From Macrostomum lignano (Eukaryota), in the NCBI GenBank assembly GCA_002269645.1, contig NIVC01000506.1, positions 499,950-563,949 of the forward strand: a DNA stretch of 64,000 nt, read 5' to 3'. The notes under the pieces were generated by a model. That model saw only the letters and a list, made by a program, of their open reading frames with translations, did not search any database and was not told the origin of the DNA. Both the position numbers and the translations under genes were made by a program. Shown piece by piece: positions 56,042 through 64,000 of the stretch (within the stretch, counting starts at the first letter, position 1; every line of letters starts with the position of its first letter).

Positions 56042-56687
56042 TAGTGTTCTGCCATAAGGAGGGTCCATGTACCATAGCTGTAGCCATAAGCAAAACTACA
56101 GCTTATTCCAATCCTCCATATTCTATAGCCGTAGGGACCCCAAAATTACCATATTCCCATAGTTCCCGTAGCTATAGCCATAGTTTTAACAAAAAGTCTA
56201 AAAAATAAAATATTTTGAATCAAGACAATAACCTAGTGCTTAAACAACAGCAAATTAAATTAGAAAATAAAAGAAACACTTGATTGCCTTTGTAAGATTA
56301 TATTTTGTCTTTTTTCAGAGCAACAATGCTTAATCATTACTGAAAGTACTAATGCTAAACTTTTTCACATTAATAAAAATTAGAGTTTGCTAGTGTTTTA
56401 TTGTACTTTTTTAGTTATATTTTATAAGTTTCTAGGTTGATAATACAGTTTACTAAAAGTATTTTTGTTTTACTCTAACTGTTTCTAATATTTTTTTTCA
56501 ATTTTTTAACATTAATAACTACAGCTATGGGAATCTACCGAATGTGACAGCAACTACCATATTTCTGTAGTCGTAGCCATAAGAGCAGCTAGCTACCATA
56601 GGCATACCCGTAGCTGCCATAGGCACCTATTTTACCATATTTGCCATAGGATCTCGTAGCCATAGCTACGGCTACGGTGGAACACTA
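56042..56687. mobile_element. Non-autonomous hAT-type MITE (646 bp)
   Basis: TAGTGTTC termini; perfect 8-bp TSD gtgttgtc (56034-56041, 56688-56695); subterminal (g)ccgtag-type repeats. Confidence 0.85.
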
Positions 56688-57684
56688 GTGTTGTCTAGCA
56701 TGATTCTGATAGTCAGGGAACTAGATATAATAGGTTTTAGTCAAGCAAGCAAGTTAGTTGACAAAATGCAGAGCAATGCATGGTTTGAGTGGGGCAAGGT
56801 TATCTGGACAGGGTAAGGCTATTGGCTTGGCCCTCAAACTTCAACTTTGTTATTTGTCCTTTAGTATAAAGCTGGTGGTCTGACTGGATAGCCTTGGTCA
56901 AGATGAAAGCTAGCCACCATTTTTTGCTGCAATGCAATAATGAAATTGTAATGAAATGAAGTGGTATAGGCCTGTGACAAAAGGACTATGAACCCAATAA
57001 ATATATACTTAGAAAGTAGTTTTATGCTTGAGCAAAAATAATGAAAAATCATGTTTACTTATTACTTTTTTCATGCAAAGTTGCCACAATCTGTTTTTTC
57101 ACTAATATCAATGATTTTTGCCTTGTATATAGTGACCCAGGTAATGATAAAATTTGAATAGTATCAATATTGACTATAATCTAGACATATTAGTTGTGAA
57201 ATTTTCCTTATTTACTTGCAATAATAATCTTTGATTATAAAGTTAGTATTTTCCAAAGCCAATTTTTTTACCTTTTTGTTGCAAAAAGTCTTTCAAATGT
57301 CTAAATTTAACTGCTTACTATATAAATTTTTATGCAGTTATAAATAATCATATTTTCATGAACAAACCCTGATTTAGTGCGGCTAATGGCTTCAGAATCA
57401 AAGACTGATAGCAAAGAGCTTCTTAAAGAAGCTTTGCTAGAGAGTAAGAAGAGAGAGCAACTGCTCATGCCAAGGCTTACTACAAAAGAGCGAGAGCTAT
57501 GCCAGTGTTTGGTGAGCCAATTGTAGTTGTCACTGTTGTAAAAATCTTATGTAAATTTGTGGTTTACCTTCAATCAAATAAAGTATATTTATCATTGTAC
57601 ATTTTGCTTCCTTTTACATAGTTTCATCAGTTTTAGTTCCTGCTTGACAAATCTGATAATTTGTCACTTGTTATGTGGTCATTA

Positions 57685-57880
57685 GCCACCCACCATCTGG
57701 TCATTAGGCACTCGCCATCTGGTCATTAGCCATCCACAATCTGGTAGTTAGCAACCTGCCATCTGGTCATTAGTGACCTGCCATTTGGTCATTAGCAACC
57801 TACCATTTGGTCATTAGCAACCTACCATTTGGTCATTAGCAACCTGCCATTCAGTCATTAGCCACCCACTATCTGGTCCC
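57685..57880. repeat. 22-bp minisatellite (ccatctggtcattagcaacctg)n
   Basis: About 9 diverged copies. Confidence 0.85.
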
Positions 57881-58706
57881 CACTGAAAAATAGGGAAGGA
57901 TTTTGGTTTGGATTTTTTAGTTTGGCTTGTCAATATTCTCTGTATCCATTCAGTGGGAGAATATCTAGTCATTTCTTTGGATAAGGGATGCCAACTTTAC
58001 ATATCCGGATGTTTTGATTCAGACATTTTGTTTGTAGGCCTATACATAGATTGAATTTGGACCTAAGTCCAGAAATGTATCTGGATATAAGGCCAGATTT
58101 GAGCCATATATCCAGATGTTTTGTTTGGATACAAGTATTGCATTTTTATCTGGACGAAATGGCCAGATATGTAGATTGAATCTGGACATAAGTCCAGAAA
58201 TGTATCCAGCTATATATTGGGCCAAATGATCCAATTTTCACATTAATCTAGTTTTCCGATAGATAATGCAGTATATTTGCTGCTTCATTTGTATGAATAA
58301 ATTCTGTCAATTCAAATGAATAAATTGTAGCAATTCTTTTGCACATTTTAGTTGACAAAAAGGAAAGATGATTAAATTATATGTTAATATATATTTGATG
58401 CTAATAAAAGTGTAAAGATATTATTAAACAACAAGGAAATAAACAAGTAACAGAAACATTGTCAAAATTGATCAAATGCTAATAGAGAGCTTGTGGAAAA
58501 CAAGTAGTTAAACACAGTTTGTGGTAAACAGTTAGTTAGATACAATTATTAATAAAAAATAGAAAGGCAAAATTAGTGGCAACAAGTAGTTAGTAATTAG
58601 TGGTTTCTAGAAAGAGGCGAGTATTATTAGACAGCCAGACTGCTGTTGTAGAACATTTGTTATTGAAATATGCTGATTAAATTGGAACGTACTGTGGTGA
58701 CTTGGC

Positions 58707-58898
58707 CAGGGGCATAGCCAGGAATTTCCTACAGGGGGGATACACCAAGGTGAATTTTCTACAGGAGGGATACACCAAGGTAAAAGTGCTACGACAGAGT
58801 CACATGGTAGCATGTATAGCAACAAAGGGCAATAAAAAAGTTTTGGTCAGGCTCTTCTGGGGGATACATCCCCCTATCCCCCCCTCCCTATGCCCCTG
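58707..58898. mobile_element. Small hAT-type MITE (192 bp)
   Basis: TIR caggggcatag; 8-bp TSD gacttggc / gatttggc (1 mismatch). Confidence 0.75.
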
Positions 58899-59223
58899 GA
58901 TTTGGCTTGAGTTGAGTGGGGTGCTGGGGGGTTATTCGTTTGCGTTCACTTTCCATCGTACTGCGATTCATCTCGCTCCTTAGTTTACTCTGTTGTGCAT
59001 ACGTATACGTGACTAATAAATTTGCAGTCTCCTGAATTATTGATTGGTTAAAATATTATTTCCATAAATATACAGACAGATTCATCATGCTACCGTTAAT
59101 CATCGCTTTACAATCAAAACCTATGTGAAGTCTTTACATGTACAGCATCGAGATCAGTCATCAGTAATCTCAATATCAGTAGCAGTAGTCGTTAGCTGTT
59201 TCGCTGGTGTTTGCTGCTCTGGC

Positions 59224-59828
59224 CACAGAATATACACAGAATGGTGAATTAGCTCTCTCGCCAAAAAATCTTGCTCCGAAACTATATTCGCGATATGCTG
59301 CTAATGATGAGGTGCGTGATAAGTAGTAGATTTAGGCAGCTAGTGCCATAGACAGCGGTTAGGTGAGCTGTCCACAGAATATACTGTATATACTGTGTAT
59401 ACTCTGGAGCTGTCAGCCGATGCAATATTTTCGATAGCAAGCGGCAGCATGAATCTGTGGCATGAATGCTAAGACAAAATCCAAGATCCAATGCGCAGCT
59501 TACGGGTGCCCGCACTACGCAAATAAGTGCCCACCGCAGACGCGCTTCCATCGCTTTCCAGCGGATAGAAATCGGTAAGAGCCATTACAATTGCAAGTAG
59601 TGTAAATTAGATAAGTTGACATAGAAATACAATATTGCGCTTTAGATGCTTTTACGCTTATCCTTATCTCTTTACATTGACTTTTAATACATATAGCCTA
59701 GGGCGCTTAGCTTAATCTACGTCAATTTAATTGCACTACTTTTCGCCACCTCATCATTAGTAGTCTATGAACATTTTATTCCGATAACTAGTTTAAGCGC
59801 TGATTCACCATTCTGTGTGTATTCTGTG
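59224..59828 (+). mobile_element. Internally deleted P-element-superfamily transposon (605 bp)
   Basis: CACAG...CTGTG termini (CANRG); 26-bp TIR cacagaata(t/c)acacagaatggtgaat; perfect 8-bp TSD gctctggc (59216-59223, 59829-59836); retains a THAP exon. Confidence 0.85.
59462..59574 (+). pseudogene. First exon of a THAP-domain (P-type) transposase
   Basis: MNAKTKSKIQCAAYGCPHYANKCPPQTRFHRFPADRNR then gtaag donor (C-x4-C...FHxFPxD). The rest of the domain is absent. Confidence 0.8.
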
Positions 59829-59916
59829 GCTCTGGCTCTGTCTGCTCTCTTCTGCTTCTGTTACGCGCATTAGTACGCGCATTACTACTAATAAGCTTCC
59901 GATCTTCCTCAGGCTT

Positions 59917-61593
59917 TTAGTTGTAAATGGAAGTTACGCGACAGCGTTTAAAACAATCGTGAACATCGTCTTCTTCTAGTGTCACGCCTTTTCGACTGCA
60001 GTAGGCAGCCACGATCTCTAGTTTTGCTGAATTGGCAATATGAATGCGTGGCCCAGGGGCTCCAATTCCACGGGAGGCGACGCGGCGGCCTGAAAACGTT
60101 GTCGTCAAAAATTCATCATTTGAAAAGACGGCGCGGAGAATTCGGCGAATAAAAGCGAACTTCGTCCGCTGCAGCTTCGTTTTTTGCTGTTCCGTCGCCT
60201 CCGTTGTTTGCGCACCCCATCGTTGCTGCATGGGCAACAACTCAGTTAAATTTTTTTCTATGGCTGTGCGGTCCTGCAGCGTGACAAGTAACTTTGCAAA
60301 CTCCGCGTCCGTCTCTGACAGTGTTGGGCACTTCCGTTACCGAGTAACTTGCAAATGGTAACGCAAGTTACTTTTTCGTAAAGCGTTCCTTACGCAAGTT
60401 ACTTTTTTATTTTAGTAACGGAGTAACGGTAAGTTACTCAAATTTCACAAGTCCGTTACAGTTACTTTGCAACAATCGCAATATTTAAATTTAAAACTGA
60501 AATGCTTAGCTATTACGCCGGTTGTCACATGTTTTTGCATTTTTCATTCCTAAATTCAAAATTAAGTGAATAGTATTATTTGGTATTGCGCTTTAATTAA
60601 TGAAGAAATACTTGAAAATGAAAGGCAAAAATATTTTACTGAAATTATAACAAAGCAAAACATGTTTCAAGTTACTAAAAATTTTCAAGTTTGATTCAAA
60701 CAAACAACCAAAGAAAAAAATTCATCTGTAGCCTCCACAAGTCCCTCCGCTGGCACTGCAGTACACTACACTATTTTATACAGTTATATTTATTTTACTC
60801 TATTGAATTATTGATATTCGTTTATTTTATCATTTATAATTTTAATTATTGATTGCCATTGCCCATTGGTCCTTCTACTTGCCCCACATCGTGTCGCCAA
60901 TTGCTGTCTCTGGCTGTTAATCGGTTAATCCCAATGCCCAATGGCAAATTTCGGAAACAACAGTGTGAAAAATGTGCAATGTGAAAAAAGCAGAAAATTT
61001 TGTTAATAACATGGGTAACGGAAGTGAGTAACGGACAGTAACTTAAAAGTTACCGGGCTTTTGTCTAAAGTTACTAGGCTAACGTAAGTTACTTTTTAAA
61101 AATTGGTAACTTAAGTTACAGTAACGCAAGTTACTTTTTTGAGTAACTTGCCCAACACTGGTCTCTGAAATCGGCACGAGATTGCCAGACGACGTAAAAA
61201 CAGCCTGCATGCTTCGATGCAGCGCCTCAGTCTGTCCCGAACTGAGGCTGCCGCGTACGTAAACCCCAGTTGTGGGACGTTGCTGGGTTTGATGCTCCGG
61301 CGGCTGCAGGTGCGTTGACTGGCAATTACTAGTATTGTCCTCGTCTTCGCCGGTGGCAGCGTTCTCGCCGGGCAACTCGCTTAAACTCCGGGCAACTCTC
61401 CTGAGTAATCCTGTTACTCAGGATTGGTAACAGCGCTTATGCATCCGTGCTACGACCTGCTTAATTTACAACAAGGCTGCATCGCTAGTCCCAGATTCGC
61501 ATCAAGGTGACTCATCGCAGCCGCGGGCCTTCAGCTGGTCGATTTCTTGGGCCGCTTCGGAAAGTTTCTGCCGCGCTTGCCTGAGTTCTTGGT
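59917..61593 (-). pseudogene. Coiled-coil plus BEN-domain-like ORF, split by a hAT MITE and carrying in-frame stops
   Basis: After acceptor ctcctttag| (61593): DQELRQARQKLSEAAQEIDQLKA, same frame through 3 stops (~61400-61505), an acidic linker, and ISET|DAEF rejoined in frame across the MITE. C-terminus FIRRILRAVFSNDEFLTTTFSGRR...NSAKLEIVAAYC...DDVHDCFKRCR resembles a BEN domain. Confidence 0.6.
60319..61160. mobile_element. Non-autonomous hAT-type MITE (842 bp)
   Basis: 12-bp TIR cagtgttgggca; perfect 8-bp TSD gtctctga (60311-60318, 61161-61168); many subterminal agtaac/gttact motifs. Confidence 0.92.
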
Positions 61594-62710
61594 CTAAAGG
61601 AGATGTACGGAAGATAAATGAGTAATGTATAGTCATTTGATTCGCTGCACCACAAGAACACGCATATTGTGAGTCAGATCCCGTTTGTCGTCTTCGTGGC
61701 GACCAATAATGTGGCCCTCTTGCACTGGCCCGTATTGGATGACGCTGTTGGCTGACGCGTCATATTTAATGCACCGATAACGGGATTCGTCCTCTTTTCT
61801 ACTACTTTTAAAGTCGACATAATTGGGCGGAAGCCTGTCAGCGTTTCGAAGTTGTAGCTGTTGAAGTAGAAGACGATGCTGCTGCGCTACCTTTTCCTCT
61901 CATGCTTTACCAATCTCTAAAACAGTATGCCGCAATTACTGTATGAAGTAAACAGTAGATGTTTGTAGCTATTCGCCTGCAAATGTTCGTAACTGACTGA
62001 AACTCCACTGAAAGCCCAGTCGTCGTGTTCTATACTTGCTTTTCGGCTTGGTCAAGCCTCTCACGGGATGTCAGGGGACATCAAAGGACATGTGACACTG
62101 GGTAGTAGGCCTAGTGTGTTGTATATAGGAAATATGTAGTACAGGACACAAAAGTACAAATACAAACTAATGAAGATAACGATGCAATATGTGCTACCTA
62201 TTTATGCAATTCTTCTAATTGTATCCGGTTATACGAGTATAATACATCTGCTTGATAAAAACCCTGGTTTATTAATGTTGATGAATGATGCATAATATAT
62301 ATTATAGTAAATTATCTACTCTGATATTAGGTGCAAGAAAGTATGACGAAACGACGAAATTGATCAATTACTAATAGAAAATTAGTTACATGCAATTAGT
62401 GATATATAATTAGTACACATTAGTGGTAAAAAATTACTTGTATACAATTAGTTGCACACAATTAGTGGTACACAATTAGTTGCACTTACAATTAGCAGTA
62501 CACAATTAGTAATAGAATATTAAGTTTTGACAATTGCTTACATGCAATTAGTGATATACAACTACTACATATTAGTGGTAAACAATTACTTGTACATAAT
62601 TAGTTGCTCACAATTAGTCTTACACACAATTACTTGCACACGATTAGTTGTACACAAGTAGTAGTGCAAATGCAAATATACTACAGGAATATTTTTTGTT
62701 CGTTTTATAC

Positions 62711-63085
62711 TTCGTTTGTGCAGATAGTTGCCTCTAATTCAGCTGCTACAGCAGCGAGGATTTTGTTCATGCCATCGTCAGCCCAGAGTCTGGCACCGCC
62801 AACGTAGTCGTATGAACATACGTTGATTGTTTTCGCAAACACTGGCGACGATGGCGTAAGTGTTTTGGTGTCACTTTTCGATTGAGCATTTTTCGCGCTC
62901 TTCCAATCTTCCAGTTCTTCAATCGCCAGTCTGGCTTCCTGTTTGTGGAACAATTAATGTGTTAAGAACAGAACTTAAGTGTCAGAGGGTAAGGAATAAA
63001 ACAAGTTCGGATCTCTAACCTGCAATGCTACTTCGACGCGCAGAAATGCCAACGCAACTTTTTCCTCCAGTTGTGCCTTCACATG
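62711..63085 (-). CDS. Two putative phase-0 exons of an unidentified gene (63085-63020, 62938-62711)
   Basis: ctcag|HVKAQLEEKVALAFLRVEVALQ|gttaga; 81-nt intron; aaacag|EARLAIEELEDWK...ATICTNE|gtataa. No family recognised. Confidence 0.4.
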
Positions 63086-63089
63086 CTGA

Positions 63090-63745
63090 GCACTCGATGT
63101 AGCAGCAACAGCTGTAGCAGAGGCAGCACTCAATGCAGCAGCAACAGCTGTAGCAGAGGCAGCACTCGATGTAGCAGCAACAGCTGTAGCAGAGGCAGCA
63201 CTCGATGTAGCAGCAACAGCTGTAGCAGAGGCAGCACTCGATGTAGCAACAACAGCTGTAGCAGAGGCAGCACTCGATGTAGCAGCAACAGCTGTAGCAG
63301 AGGCAGCACTCGATGTAGCAGCAACAGCTGTAGCAGAGGCAGCACTCGATGTAGCAACAACAGCTGTAGCAGAGGCAGCACTCGATGTAGCAACAACAGC
63401 TGTAGCAGAGGCAGCACTCGATGTAGCAGCAACAGCTGTAGCAGAGGCAGCACTCGATGTAGCAGCAACAGCTGTAGCAGAGCAGCACTCGATGTAGCAG
63501 CAACAGCTGTAGCAGAGGCAGCACTCGATGTAGCAACAACAGCTGTAGCAGAGGCAGCACTCGATGTAGCAACAACAGCTGTAGCAGAGGCAGCACTCGA
63601 TGTAGCAGCAACAGCTGTAGCAGTTAAGCAGACGCAACACTCGATGTAGCAGCAACAGCTGTAGCAGAGGCAGCACTCGATGTAGCAGCAACAGCTGTAG
63701 CAGTTAAGCAGACGCAACACTCGATGTAGCAGCAACAGCTGTAGC
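63090..63745. repeat. 36-bp minisatellite (gcactcgatgtagcagcaacagctgtagcagaggca)n
   Basis: About 18 copies; period measured from 63121 to 63157 to 63193. Confidence 0.95.
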
Positions 63746-64000
63746 ACAGTCACCATCGCAGAAAAGGTTCTCAAAAGGTGCTCGCAACTGTCAGCCGTCA
63801 GCCACAGCACCACTACCAGCAAAGGTCGCAGCAGGCAGCATCGGCGGCCACAGCAGCAGCAGCTTTTTGTCGGGCAGCCACATTAGTCCGCTTACCTAAC
63901 CACCCTGTGCAATTAGAAACTTCTCTACTTTGCGTTTTCATAGTACTGTTAAAAGATGGGAATTTAGCATAGAAACAGTCGTTAAAGTTAAAAAGTCGGA

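Noticed and set aside
63015-63822. Cys-rich keratin/metallothionein-like ORFs (CYSCCCYIECCL)n
   Set aside because: Translation of a 36-bp minisatellite open in several frames.

Overview
Eukaryotic (animal) genomic DNA with GT-AG spliced genes, very dense tandem repeats and nested transposons. There are no prokaryotic features, rRNA/tRNA genes or CRISPR arrays. The neuropeptide type and minisatellite-filled introns suggest a free-living flatworm such as Macrostomum (inference only). Host genes reconstructed by hand: the last exon of a rhodopsin-class peptide GPCR with a repeat-expanded third intracellular loop (2450-3546,+); a neuropeptide precursor with 27 identical PSFVRLamide copies (11798-12754,+); a 3-exon sphingolipid delta-4 desaturase (14210-21855,-); a 2-exon Rac/Cdc42-like GTPase ending in CSMQ (31427-34237,-); an 8-exon ZIFL-like MFS transporter (40433-45321,-); an intronless GT-A glycosyltransferase (52902-54098,-); and a disrupted coiled-coil/BEN-domain ORF (59917-61593,-). 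Mobile elements: a collapsed copia, a gypsy pol interrupted by a DD39D Tc1/mariner, three RTE-like LINE copies (one with a nested I-like LINE end), a THAP-exon P-element derivative, three hAT MITEs and a foldback MITE. Most striking: in two genes the 3-prime splice site itself (YAG|GTCA) is the unit of a 15-20 copy tandem array, and only the last copy or a subset of copies gives an intact protein. Also notable are a possible horizontally acquired glycosyltransferase and a sharply bounded block with CG-to-TG/CA/TA decay. Repeat boundaries are approximate; exon, TIR and TSD coordinates were read base by base.
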